Counted from the stretch's first letter, positions 29,396 through 39,099 are shown. The stretch: 64,000 nucleotides of DNA from Nitrospinota bacterium (GCA_026706735.1 JAPOYD010000152.1:1587-65586), one strand, 5' to 3'. The notes: generated from the letters alone by a model not told the origin. Numbers and translations are program-made.

Positions 29396-29758
29396 ACTCC
29401 TCGCCTTGCGCAAACCTCATCAAGCTCTGGTTCAAGTGGATACGGGAATTCTCGCGGGGAAGCAACGCCCGGCGGGGCGTGAAGGGGGGATTCGGGGTGT
29501 CACTTCCCCCCTTGAGGGCTTATGACGGCAACATGGGGGTGGTTTTTCTCCTTTGCCAGTCGGGTTTCATCCGTAGTGACAACCCCTCCTCGGGGTTGTC
29601 CCACAGTTCGCGAACCGCCCCTACAAATACGTTGACAAGCGAACGACGCAAGGGCAGACACATCGGTCCTCGGACAGGCGCGGGGGCCTGCCCGGCTACG
29701 ACAAACCGCAAACCCTCCTTCACCGGCAGGCCAGACGAGAAAAAGGGAAAAAGTCGGC

Positions 29759-30394
29759 CTACACCGTGATAGTGACTCCGCATCTTCGGCCAGCCCGGCG
29801 AACGTCCGAGAGAAACGAGGGGTCGAACAATCCATCGCGCGCGTCCGTGATACTAAAATTCTCCGGCTTTACGCGGTCTCCGAAGAACAGGTATGCGGTG
29901 TCCGGATCGCACTGGTTCGAGGTCCAGAGTAAACCATGGACTTCGGGAAACTGGTGGTGTACGGCGCTCGCCCACCGAGCGGTTTCGGCATAGAGCTTAG
30001 GCGAGGCGCCGATCAACAAACTGCGAGCGATGCGCCATCGCCTGAGGTCGGGGCCGCGCAAGGAGACCAGGCGCAAGTCCCGCAAAAGTTCCAGCCGGGC
30101 GTGCGCACGGCTTTGCACGAGCGTCCTGGGAACGGTCTTTCGCTTCGCCACTGCGGGAACGTCGTGGAAGATCGTTTCATGGATCGCCGCCTCCAGCGTG
30201 TCGGCCGCGTAAAGAGACGGGATGCACTCACCCGCTGCATCGTAGACAGGAGCGAAGCGCGTGGGAGAACCCTTGCAGGGGTTAAAGTCGTTCGCAGCGA
30301 AATTCCTGTCGTGCACCCGATGCACGATTGCTCCCGCTTTGAGTGAAACGGTGTTTGGATAGGCGAGCGTCGCCGGGGGTTTTCGGATCGACAT
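29759..30394 (-). CDS. RES-domain toxin (ParT/MbcT-like NAD-targeting toxin family)
   Basis: 211 aa; RES-domain pattern with conserved Arg (PTRFAP), Glu (TLEAAIHE) and a downstream Ser. It sits 14 nt downstream of a DUF2384-like ORF on the same strand, the canonical antitoxin-then-toxin order. Confidence 0.7.
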   Translation of the reverse strand: MSIRKPPATLAYPNTVSLKAGAIVHRVHDRNFAANDFNPCKGSPTRFAPVYDAAGECIPSLYAADTLEAAIHETIFHDVPAVAKRKTVPRTLVQSRAHARLELLRDLRLVSLRGPDLRRWRIARSLLIGASPKLYAETARWASAVHHQFPEVHGLLWTSNQCDPDTAYLFFGDRVKPENFSITDARDGLFDPSFLSDVRRAGRRCGVTITV

Positions 30395-30408
30395 GCAGGG
30401 TTAACGCC

Positions 30409-31083
30409 CTACCCGACAGCCGGATCGGCCAGCCTCCGGGCCGCTTCGACGACGGCGTCCGGATCAGAGAGGCGCTCCTGCGGCTCATCGCCGTCCAGCC
30501 AGCCGTTCCCGGATGCGAACCACATGGCGATTTGCCAACCGGTCATGTCCTTTGGAAGAGCGGTGAGAATCGCCTTGATGACCGGCCGCGGAGCTCCGTC
30601 GGCGAACTGAAACGCCGGATAGTGGTCAACCCCCGAGCGGCGCACCGCGAACAGCCTGCCCTCGCGTTTCCAGCGGGAGGCGGGCTCGCTCTTGTTGCGC
30701 GGGTTGAGACCCGAAGCGGCGCGAACCTCGGCTCCGGTCAATAGGGGCGTTTCCTGAAAATACCGGGAGCGCAGCCTGGCGTTGTCGATTTCGAGTTCAT
30801 TCTCGACCCGGGGACGGGACGCGTCCGAAAGAATGACGTCGAGTATTTTCTCGATATTCGCCTCGGATAATCTGGCTCCGCGCTCGGCCGCAAGAGAAGG
30901 CAGCACTTCAAGCGCGCGTTCGAGCAGTTCCGCCCGCCCTTCCGTGCGTTCGCCCACGAGGAGCCAGGCGCCGGGCGGGGAATCCTTCGAGCGCGAGGAA
31001 CCACCGATCCTCCTCCGCAGACTGGCGGGCAGCCGCTCGATTTCGCCGGGCGTCAGATCGAACAGGGACAACGTTTCACTCAT
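30409..31083 (-). CDS. Xre/MbcA/ParS-like antitoxin (DUF2384 C-terminal toxin-binding domain) with N-terminal extension
   Basis: 224 aa; C-terminal region MWFASGNGWLDGDEPQERLSDPDAVVEAARRL resembles the DUF2384 W-L...L-G...P motif; position upstream of the RES gene. Confidence 0.55.
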   Translation of the reverse strand: MSETLSLFDLTPGEIERLPASLRRRIGGSSRSKDSPPGAWLLVGERTEGRAELLERALEVLPSLAAERGARLSEANIEKILDVILSDASRPRVENELEIDNARLRSRYFQETPLLTGAEVRAASGLNPRNKSEPASRWKREGRLFAVRRSGVDHYPAFQFADGAPRPVIKAILTALPKDMTGWQIAMWFASGNGWLDGDEPQERLSDPDAVVEAARRLADPAVG

Positions 31084-31177
31084 GCGGACATCCTCCAGGA
31101 TGAGGCGTGAGATCCAATAATAAATAAAATATAGTGAATATCATGCCGGATGTCAAACCCGCGCGTTCACGGCCGGC

Positions 31178-32338
31178 CTAGTCGCGCCTGGCGCCAAATA
31201 CACCGGAAACGTCGTGAATATCTCCACCGACCCTGTCGTTTTCAGCAACAGACGTCCTGAAACTGAACAACCCGCCCACTTCCTCGTGGTTCGGGCCGTA
31301 GAACCGGCCGGAAATGCCTCTCCTCGCGGGATGCCGACTGGCATCCGCCTCGCCGTCGCTGACAGGAACGACACCGAACGACCCGCCTTTGAGCGCCAGT
31401 CCTTCCCAGGAAACATCATCGAAATGAACACCCGCTCGTTCGTCTTTCATGTTCCTGAACTCGACATCGACCAGCAGACCGGGATTTCCCTGCGGATTGG
31501 AAACCGTTATCGTGGCATCGCCCTTGACGAAACCATCCGGTTCCGCAATGCGGATGCCAACCATCATCCCGGACCACGTCGCGGCGCCGCCGGCCAAAAC
31601 ATCCGGATTCGAATCGATCACGTTTCCTATCGAATAAGCGGCATAGTAATTTGCGGAAACCCGGTTTTCTTCAGACGCCACCTCGATTCCAGGGGTCTTG
31701 AGCAGGAAAAAACTATGGTCGATCCAGCCGGCCAGGGCGCGGTAGCTGGTCGTATCGCCTCCTCCTGAAACCTGCGTCCTTTCCGCCAAAGACACGCCGC
31801 GACGGCGTTCGATGAAACGAAAGCCGGAAAAGTCAAACTTGCCGACCGCCCTGTAGTGAACCGGTCCGAGCCCGCCTTCACATCCCAATAACAGCGCCGC
31901 ACACGTTACGGCGCCCGGAGGTGGAGGATCAGCGCCGAATCGAGCCAGCGCGGGAGATTTCGAATCGCTCCGCAAGCCGCTCAAAACGCCTTCGATTTCA
32001 TCCGTCTCCAGAATCAAGGACTTGAGTGTAGGCATGCCGCCGGCAGCTTCGTATTCGACGGCGCCGCCCTCGGCTACGCTCACAACGCACGCCGGGCCGC
32101 CTGCCGGACACGACACTTCGACGTTGCCATGCTCCTCGGAGGTTCCGGGCTGGACCGTAAACTCCTCCATCGGGGCAAGTCCGTGGTTCGCAGGCACCCC
32201 GGCCAGAGCGATGGTGTCGTCCATGGGCGGCACGGGCGCCGAATCGACCACCGACCCGCCGCCTCCACAACCCGACAACATCACCAGGAACGGCACGACT
32301 GCCGCGAGAAGTGAAAACCGGTTCCTGCTGCGCTGCAT
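31178..32338 (-). CDS. Surface/outer-membrane lipoprotein with C-terminal TbpB/fHbp-like lipoprotein beta-barrel motif (protease-less paralog of the 58-61 kb genes)
   Basis: 386 aa; signal plus lipobox LSGCGGGGS; C-terminus GRFYGPNHEEVGGLFSF matches the G-x-F-Y-G...A/E-E-x-G-G-x-F signature of the TbpB C-lobe / factor-H-binding-protein handle domain. The same C-terminal signature (GAFFGARHEGMGGVV) ends the two metzincin lipoproteins at 58210-61055. Confidence 0.5.
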   Translation of the reverse strand: MQRSRNRFSLLAAVVPFLVMLSGCGGGGSVVDSAPVPPMDDTIALAGVPANHGLAPMEEFTVQPGTSEEHGNVEVSCPAGGPACVVSVAEGGAVEYEAAGGMPTLKSLILETDEIEGVLSGLRSDSKSPALARFGADPPPPGAVTCAALLLGCEGGLGPVHYRAVGKFDFSGFRFIERRRGVSLAERTQVSGGGDTTSYRALAGWIDHSFFLLKTPGIEVASEENRVSANYYAAYSIGNVIDSNPDVLAGGAATWSGMMVGIRIAEPDGFVKGDATITVSNPQGNPGLLVDVEFRNMKDERAGVHFDDVSWEGLALKGGSFGVVPVSDGEADASRHPARRGISGRFYGPNHEEVGGLFSFRTSVAENDRVGGDIHDVSGVFGARRD

Positions 32339-32740
32339 TGTACGTTCCTCCGGTTGCTCCCGGTTTCAGATGCACCGCCCCGCACCGCAGATTGCGCGAA
32401 GCTCGGGACGCGTTCCCTTCGGGGCGCACATTGTAATGCCTTCGGCATTCTACCCTTGGTTCGACGGCCTCGGACAGATGCTTCCCCGGCAGATTAGCTC
32501 AGGGCCGGACCCGGAACAACGGGCGGGATGAAGGCAGGCAAGCCGGCAGGCACGGATATGGTTTGAAAAGGGGCCGTCCGGGCGAAACGAATTCCAGATT
32601 CCCGCTCAAAATCTCCTGCGAGTTGACGAAGCAATGGGCGGCCCCGAACACACGAGGGACGACACGCCGGTCCCCCGGACAGGCGCAGAGGCCCGGTACA
32701 GGTCGCGCACACCCTGAAACCGGACAACCACGGGGGGCAG

Positions 32741-32770
32741 GACAACCCCGAGGAGGGGTTGTCCCTACGG
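32741..32770. repeat. Palindromic repeat family D (GACAACCCCGAGGAGGGGTTGTCcCTACGG)
   Basis: Near-identical 30-mer in inverted orientation at 29573-29602. CCTACGG / CCTGTCCCTAC-type palindromes recur at 25731-25760 and 32985-33016. Confidence 0.55.
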
Positions 32771-32785
32771 CGCGCGTGTTTCGCC

Positions 32786-32925
32786 CGTCATTCCGGCGCA
32801 TGCCGGAATCCAGGGGTTTTGCCTTTGTCTTTCTTTTCCGCCGGATTCCTGCCGGTGAGAAGGCATGAAACACCGCGCATATTCGCACACATCCGCTCTG
32901 GATTCCGGCATGCGCCGGAATGACG
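32786..32925. mobile_element. MITE-like element, family A, second copy
   Basis: TIRs 32786-32815 and 32896-32925 match the 19824-19964 copy (one mismatch in the right TIR); the interior has diverged but shares a TTTGTCTTTsTTTT core. Confidence 0.6.
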
Positions 32926-33110
32926 GTGGCTTTTCCCGGTTGATAAGAAAAGGAGCATGGATAGGTCGCAACCTTTGACAGGCACAGGGCTTCGGACAGG
33001 TCGCGACCTGTCCCTACCAAACCATCAACAAGGCACCGAACCCAAAACACAAGGGCGGACACGCGGGTCCGCCCCTACGGTGGAAATACCAAGCGGTGAT
33101 TCCTCGCCGA

Positions 33111-34427
33111 TCAGGCGCCCATCTTCTTGTCGAGGAACGAATCCTTGAGGTATTTCACGGCGCGCTCGAGCTGGGCGTCTTTCTGCTCCTCATCGGGGTT
33201 TTGCGCCTGGCCGGCTTGAGCGTCACTGGCGCCTTTGTCTTCTTTTTCCCCTTGTTTCTCCCCATCGCTCGGCAGGTGGCCGGGCAGGTCCTTCTCGCGC
33301 ATCGCGCGCATGGCGGCGGCGCTCCTCCCCGCCTCGCTCACGATGTCGGGCTCGATTCCATCGCCCTGGATGCGCCTTCCCTTGGGGGTGAAATAAAGCG
33401 CGGTGGTGAGCCTGAGACCCGAACCGTCGGAGAGTGGAACGACGGTCTGCACCGAGCCCTTCCCGAACGTCTTGACGCCGATGACCTTGGCTCTTTCCAG
33501 ATCCTGGAGCGCGCCCGCCACGATCTCGGACGCGCTGGCGCTTCCCGCGTTCACGAGGACCGCCATGGGAATCTTGCCGCCAAGCGCTTCGTGCGTGGAG
33601 GTGAAGCGGTGCTCCTGATCGTTCATGCGCCCCTTGGTGTAGACGATCAGGCTGCCCGCCTTCAGGAATATGTCGGACACCGAAACCGCCTGGGAGAGGA
33701 GCCCGCCCGGATTGTTCCTGAGATCCAGCACGAGGGCTTTGGCGCCCTCACCCTCGAGCGAGGAGAGGGCGTCCTTCACCTCGCGGCCCGTGCCGTTCTG
33801 GAAACTGCGAACCCGTATGTAGGCGATATCGTCGGGCAGCATCCGGCTTCTCACGCTCTTGATGCGGATGATCTGGCGCGTGATCGTGAAGGGGATCAGC
33901 TCCTTCTCCCCCTTGCGCCGCACCGTGATCTTCACCTTCGTGCCGGGCTTGCCCCGGAGCTTCTTGACGATCTCCTGAAGCAGGAGGTCTTTCGTGGGTT
34001 CTTCCTCGATGAGGATGATCTGATCGCCCGCCTGCACGCCGGCCTTGTACGCCGGGGTATCCTCGATGGGCGTCACCACGGTCAGCACGCCGTCTCGAAT
34101 CGAAATCTCCACGCCCAGGCCACCGAAGCGGCCCGTGGTCTCGACCTGCATCTCCTTGAAGTATTCGGGATTCAGATAGGTCGTATGGGGGTCGAGCGTG
34201 CGGAGCATGCCCCGGATGGCGCCGCGAATCAGCTTCTTGGCGTCCACCTTGTTGACGTAGTTCTCCTCCACGAGGCTCAGGACCTCGCTGAAGGCCCTCA
34301 GCTCCGAATAGGCGCTCGTCTCGCTCGCCGCCAGATTCGCGACGGGGCTCACCGACACCCCCGCGACGAGCAGCGCCAGAGCGCCGGCCCATATCATCCA
34401 CCCGGATAAACGATATTTTTTCGACAT
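33111..34427 (-). CDS. ctpA: Carboxyl-terminal processing protease (S41 peptidase)
   Basis: 438 aa; signal/TM anchor, PDZ domain (GGLGVEISIRDGVLTVVTP...AGVQAGD) and S41 catalytic region (VLVNAGSASASEI, K in FGKGSVQ). Confidence 0.9.
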   Translation of the reverse strand: MSKKYRLSGWMIWAGALALLVAGVSVSPVANLAASETSAYSELRAFSEVLSLVEENYVNKVDAKKLIRGAIRGMLRTLDPHTTYLNPEYFKEMQVETTGRFGGLGVEISIRDGVLTVVTPIEDTPAYKAGVQAGDQIILIEEEPTKDLLLQEIVKKLRGKPGTKVKITVRRKGEKELIPFTITRQIIRIKSVRSRMLPDDIAYIRVRSFQNGTGREVKDALSSLEGEGAKALVLDLRNNPGGLLSQAVSVSDIFLKAGSLIVYTKGRMNDQEHRFTSTHEALGGKIPMAVLVNAGSASASEIVAGALQDLERAKVIGVKTFGKGSVQTVVPLSDGSGLRLTTALYFTPKGRRIQGDGIEPDIVSEAGRSAAAMRAMREKDLPGHLPSDGEKQGEKEDKGASDAQAGQAQNPDEEQKDAQLERAVKYLKDSFLDKKMGA

Positions 34428-34552
34428 CTCTCACTCCTCAGACAATGCGGCCCAAAAGAGTGATTTTACTTCACGATACCCGAGAAAGCCACACCAAAGC
34501 GGAGATTCAGATTCGAGAGGAGACAACCGGGGCGGACGCGCAACGGGAGCGA

Positions 34553-34735
34553 TCGAATTCTGATAAATTTCGATAAATTTCAGTAAAATTCGATAAATTC
34601 ACGGCGTATTTCGCTAAATTCATGCGCCGCGCGGAGGCGCAACTCCCCCGCCGCCGACGGAACTATCATGAGGATACACGTCCCCGGGAAGGTTTGCGCA
34701 GCGACAAATGCGGGCATCTGCGGGCAAATGCGCGA
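34553..34735. promoter_or_regulatory. AT-rich intergenic array of phased (about 10-11 bp) GATAAATT-like direct repeats followed by a duplicated AAATGCGGGC motif, upstream of ctpA
   Basis: Five copies of [ct][cg][ag]TAAA[at]TT between 34559 and 34621 at about helical periodicity; CAAATGCGGGCATCTGCGGGCAAATGCG at 34704-34733. The same motif set (in inverted orientation for the AT-rich part) occurs at 57271-57476 upstream of mnmA. Confidence 0.4.
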
Positions 34736-34876
34736 GGCGTTTTATAGAGCTTATCAGGGTTGAAACACTCATTTATCGGATAATGAAAGGGATTTCACCT
34801 CACAATCCGGGACAAAACCGTCGATCCGCCGGTTTTCAGGGATTCTGGTGATTCTGTTGGAGCAAAGGAGTGAAAA

Positions 34877-36919
34877 TCAGGAGGCGAGGATAGCTTTCGC
34901 CTGCGCGGCGACGTTCTCCGGCGTGAGACCGAAATGCGCATATATTTCTTTATAAGGAGCGCTCGCCCCAAAACGATCGATTCCAATCACAACGCCCTCC
35001 TCTCCGACCCACTCACGCCAACCCATGGTGGCGCCCGCCTCAATCGCCACCCTCGCCTTCACCCCCGCCGGAAGAACGGAATCGCGATAAGAGAGAGATT
35101 GTTCCCTGAAAAGCTCCCAACTCGGCATGCTTACAACCCGGGCATCGATTCCATCTGCCGCCAACGCGCTTTGCGCTTCCATCGCGAGATGCACTTCCGA
35201 GCCCGTGGCAATCAATATGACTTGAGGAGAATTCCCCCTCTCTGCCGAGATAACATAGGCCCCCCGTGACAGGGCATCCGCTTCGTTCTTCTCTGAACGC
35301 GCCAAGATGGGTAAACCCTGCCGAGTCAACACGAGCATGGTCGGGCCTTCGAGACGCTCGATCGCCACTCGCCAGGCGACGGCGGTTTCGTTCGCGTCGC
35401 ACGGACGAATGATGGTGAGACCCGGCATGGCGCGAAGCGATGCGAGGTGCTCGATCGGCTGGTGGGTGGGGCCATCCTCGCCCAGTCCGATGGAATCGTG
35501 CGTCATCACATAGATGACGGGTAATTCCATCAGCGCCGCGAGGCGTATGGCCGGGCGGGCGTAATCGGTGAACGTGAAGAAAGTGGCCGCATAAGGACGA
35601 ACACCTCCATGCAAAGCCATCCCGGAACAGGCGGCCCCCATAGCGTGTTCTCTGACTCCCCAGTTGATGTTACGGTTTGCACAGTCCCCCTTCGCGAAAT
35701 TTCCTGAATTTTTGATGAGCGAGTTGTTTGAAGCCGCCAAGTCCGCGCTTCCGCCAATCAACCAGGGGATAGCAGAGGCGATTTCATTCAATACTTTGCC
35801 AGATGCCGCCCGCGTTGCGAGCGTCCCGTCATCGGCTCCAAAACTGGGAATGCAGCTCTCCCAACCGGCAGGAGGTTCGCCTTTAAGCGCCGCCTGAAAC
35901 TTCTCAGCCAACTCAGGATTCTCCGATTCATATTTTGAGAACCGGTGATTCCAGTCCTCTTCAAGCGCGTCGCCGCGAAAAACCGCCTCTCCCATGTGGG
36001 TGGATACTTCGTCCGGCACCAGAAACGTCTCGCCCTCGGGCCAGCCATAGTTCCTTTTCGTAGCCTCGACTTCCTCATTCCCCAAGGGAGCGCCATGCGC
36101 CCGCGCGGTATCCTGATATCGAGGCGAGCCATATCCGATGTGCGAGCGAACTACAATCAAAGACGGGCGATTGGTTTCCGCCTTTGCCAAGTTAAGCGCT
36201 CCTGAAATTCGGGGTAAATCCTCCGCACTATCACCTAGATTCTGCACATGCCAGTTGTACCCCTCAAAACGTTTCACCACGTCATCGGAGTAACTCAACG
36301 ATGTTTCGCCGTCGATAGTGATGCGATTATCGTCATAAACACATATCAATTTCGCTAGACCCAGATGTCCCGCGAGGGATGCCGCTTCATGGGATGCGCC
36401 TTCCATGATATCGCCATCACTCATGAACACATATGTATTGTGATCCACAATCGAATGGCCTGGCCGATTGAAAGTGGCCGCCAAATGCACCTCCGCCATT
36501 GCCATACCCACTGCGTTCATGAACCCCTGTCCGAGCGGGCCAGTGGTGGTCTCGACACCCGGCGTAAGCCCATATTCGGGGTGTCCCGGCGTCTTGCTGT
36601 CCCACTGACGAAAACGAACGATCTCATCGAGCGGAAGTTCATAACCGCTCAAATGGAGAACAGCATACAGAAGCATGGAGGCATGACCACACGAGAGCAC
36701 GAAGCGGTCCCGGTCAAACCAGTCGGGATTTCGGGGATTATAGCGCAGGTGGCTCATCCACAATTCATACGCCAACGGCGCCAGAGCCATTGGTGTGCCC
36801 GGATGGCCACTGTTCGCCTTCTGCACTGCATCCATCGAAAGTGTGCGTATGGTGTGAATTGATTGTTCGGCAATACTCATGCCAGAGAATAGATCTTTCT
36901 CTTTTGAAAGTTTAGTCAT
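34877..36919 (-). CDS. tkt: Transketolase
   Basis: 680 aa; [15 protein letters not shown] ThDP-binding N-terminus and full transketolase pyrimidine-binding and C-terminal domains. An alternative internal ATG at 36880 is possible. Confidence 0.9.
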   Translation of the reverse strand: MTKLSKEKDLFSGMSIAEQSIHTIRTLSMDAVQKANSGHPGTPMALAPLAYELWMSHLRYNPRNPDWFDRDRFVLSCGHASMLLYAVLHLSGYELPLDEIVRFRQWDSKTPGHPEYGLTPGVETTTGPLGQGFMNAVGMAMAEVHLAATFNRPGHSIVDHNTYVFMSDGDIMEGASHEAASLAGHLGLAKLICVYDDNRITIDGETSLSYSDDVVKRFEGYNWHVQNLGDSAEDLPRISGALNLAKAETNRPSLIVVRSHIGYGSPRYQDTARAHGAPLGNEEVEATKRNYGWPEGETFLVPDEVSTHMGEAVFRGDALEEDWNHRFSKYESENPELAEKFQAALKGEPPAGWESCIPSFGADDGTLATRAASGKVLNEIASAIPWLIGGSADLAASNNSLIKNSGNFAKGDCANRNINWGVREHAMGAACSGMALHGGVRPYAATFFTFTDYARPAIRLAALMELPVIYVMTHDSIGLGEDGPTHQPIEHLASLRAMPGLTIIRPCDANETAVAWRVAIERLEGPTMLVLTRQGLPILARSEKNEADALSRGAYVISAERGNSPQVILIATGSEVHLAMEAQSALAADGIDARVVSMPSWELFREQSLSYRDSVLPAGVKARVAIEAGATMGWREWVGEEGVVIGIDRFGASAPYKEIYAHFGLTPENVAAQAKAILAS

Positions 36920-37029
36920 GCTAAATTCACTCGCTTACAAAGTCAACAAACTAAAAAAACCGGACCAAACACATTGTCCAGAACTCATATACCGATATTT
37001 CAAGCAATCCAATTGGCTAGGCGGACGGG

Positions 37030-38205
37030 TTATGTGTTCGCTTTGCGCCGTTGCAATGTTTCGAGCCAACCTTCCATAGTTTCCACAACTATCTGGTCAG
37101 CACGAAGAAGAGTCGGAGTCGATCGGTCTTTATCTTCTTCATAACGCAACAGTGATGCGGCTGAATCTTCCACTTTTTGCTCAAGCACCGAGATTTTTTC
37201 TAATATCCATGGAGTGCTTAGTCCCAAGGCTTGCGCCTTTCGACACATATCCAGTGCATGGGCGTTGTTTTCTTCTTGGGCATAGAGTTCAATCATCTTG
37301 TAGAGAATGGAATCGACAACTTTCTCATCAATAACATCTTCTTCTCTAGAGGTTACGCTGGACTCTTGTCCCTCTTTATCAACTTCAGATACTTTATCCG
37401 TAGGGCTTGAAGCCACACCCGAATCTTGAAATTCGGCTGACGACGTTTCGGCGTCACTGTCGTTTTTTTCCATATCTTCGGGTGTGACATCAGCCGTCTT
37501 TGCCTTACCGGGTACGTCTGCCTCGCCTTTTACTTCCCCCGCGAGCAAATCGAGATTTTCCCTCATCTCAGGGTATCCCGCGGGCGCATCAACATCCTCC
37601 TCCTGCGAAATTTGCTCTTTGATAGCAGCTAATCTCTCATTCCATTCGACTTTATCTGGATCAGATTTCAACAGACGCTCGTAGACGTCTCGCGCCTTAT
37701 CCAGATGGCCCTGAGCCATATAAAGCTCGGCGAGAGCAGGCGTGGCCACTTCGTCCAATTTGCCTTCTGGAACAACAACTGGAACGCTATTCACATTGGA
37801 ATCGATTGTCGCGCTTTGGGTCGCTACTTCATCGTCCTCGAGCATCTTGACTGCTCTTAACGCGACTTGCGTGGCTTCCTCATCGCCCTCTTTTCGATAG
37901 CATTCGGCCAGAAGACGCCTGCCAGAAATATTCCAGGGAGCGATTTCCAGCGCTTTCGTGATATAGCGGGCTGCTTGTTCATGTTCTTCTTTCGTAATGA
38001 GTATTTCTCCAAGCAAAACACCCGCAGCTGCGTAGTTGGGATAGGTTGCCAGTCCACTTTTCAGGAGATTTTCGGCCTGATCTGCTAAACCTTTCTCCCA
38101 TAAAAGTGATGCCAAAGGGAAAAAAACAGCCGAGGACGGGTATTGTTGTAAACGCCCTTCCAAAACTTTGATTCGAGATTCCGGATTTCTTATGCGGCGT
38201 ATCAT
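37030..38205 (-). CDS. TPR-repeat protein with central acidic low-complexity region
   Basis: 391 aa; TPR-like repeats at both ends and a Glu/Asp/Ser-rich middle; lies in a lower-GC stretch. Confidence 0.55.
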   Translation of the reverse strand: MIRRIRNPESRIKVLEGRLQQYPSSAVFFPLASLLWEKGLADQAENLLKSGLATYPNYAAAGVLLGEILITKEEHEQAARYITKALEIAPWNISGRRLLAECYRKEGDEEATQVALRAVKMLEDDEVATQSATIDSNVNSVPVVVPEGKLDEVATPALAELYMAQGHLDKARDVYERLLKSDPDKVEWNERLAAIKEQISQEEDVDAPAGYPEMRENLDLLAGEVKGEADVPGKAKTADVTPEDMEKNDSDAETSSAEFQDSGVASSPTDKVSEVDKEGQESSVTSREEDVIDEKVVDSILYKMIELYAQEENNAHALDMCRKAQALGLSTPWILEKISVLEQKVEDSAASLLRYEEDKDRSTPTLLRADQIVVETMEGWLETLQRRKANT

Positions 38206-38346
38206 GGATACCTAATATTCGGTGGGGAAATAAGAGCGCAAAATCATTTAAGTATAAAATGCTAGCAAAGGTCACCCTGCTCTGACAAGAGCCTGTATAT
38301 CCTGCGGTCACCTAAGCTATCATACAAGCAAGAACTAAATAGTTTA

Positions 38347-38793
38347 TCATTCTGAATCGACGACTGCCAAGGCAGTCACTTCAATGAGACAACGCGAATC
38401 CGTAGCCAGTTGAACTACTTGAACAGTGGTAGTGGTTGGTTTGTTATCCCCGAAATACTCAGCCCATACTTTATTCAGAGAATCTTGATCCGCCAAGTCA
38501 GTAACAAATCGGTTGGCGGAAACGACATCGCCAAAATCTCCGTCTACAGCCTCCAGGCTTTTTTTCAAGTTCTCCAATGCCGCCCGAGCCTGCCCCTCCA
38601 TATCTCGGGGCATGGCATCAAATTCTTCTGGCTGATGAGGATGACAATGATAGACGGGTGCAGCAGTTACTCCTGCCAGAAAAACGAGGCTACCCCCAGT
38701 TATTTTGATAACCGGCGCATAAGGCATCCAAATATCAGGTGCATCCGGCCAATGGCGATGCTCTACTATTTTGCCCATTTCCTTCCCTTTCAT
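38347..38793 (-). CDS. RidA/YjgF-family (reactive-intermediate deaminase, endoribonuclease L-PSP-like) protein
   Basis: 148 aa; typical Rid family length and C-terminal pattern (…NRFVTDLADQDSLNKVWAEYFG…TTTVQVVQL…RCLIEV). Confidence 0.8.
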   Translation of the reverse strand: MKGKEMGKIVEHRHWPDAPDIWMPYAPVIKITGGSLVFLAGVTAAPVYHCHPHQPEEFDAMPRDMEGQARAALENLKKSLEAVDGDFGDVVSANRFVTDLADQDSLNKVWAEYFGDNKPTTTTVQVVQLATDSRCLIEVTALAVVDSE

Positions 38794-39099
38794 ATATTAA
38801 ACGACCAAAGTTCCAAATATTTTCATCCCGACCTTGAAAACACTCTGCACTTTTGAACAATTCTAATGAGTGATTAGACCAAAGTAACCTCTAATTAACA
38901 TTATTGCGCTTGCAGTTTCACATGAAATCGCCAGCGGATAGTATGACGCTCGTAGAACCCTCTCGAGCCCCAAACTCTAAAAACGCAGGTTTCCATGCCA
39001 TGACCAAAAACCACAAACCTTCGAATGTATTTACCATCATTGCAATCTATTCGATAATCATCACCCGTACTTTTCCTATTCATCGCAAGAGGATACTCC

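Noticed and set aside
33096-34409. 437-aa plus-strand ORF antisense to ctpA
   Set aside because: It is antisense to an S41 protease gene with intact PDZ and catalytic motifs, and it has no motifs of its own.
34440-34877. Possible tRNA, tmRNA or RNase P genes in larger GC-rich intergenic regions (also checked 25.6, 29.5, 32.4-33.1, 61.1-61.7 kb)
   Set aside because: No T-loop (GGTTCGAATCC-like), tmRNA 5' end, or RNase P conserved blocks (for example GAAAGTCCGG) were seen by eye. Not excluded for short sRNAs, but nothing supportable.
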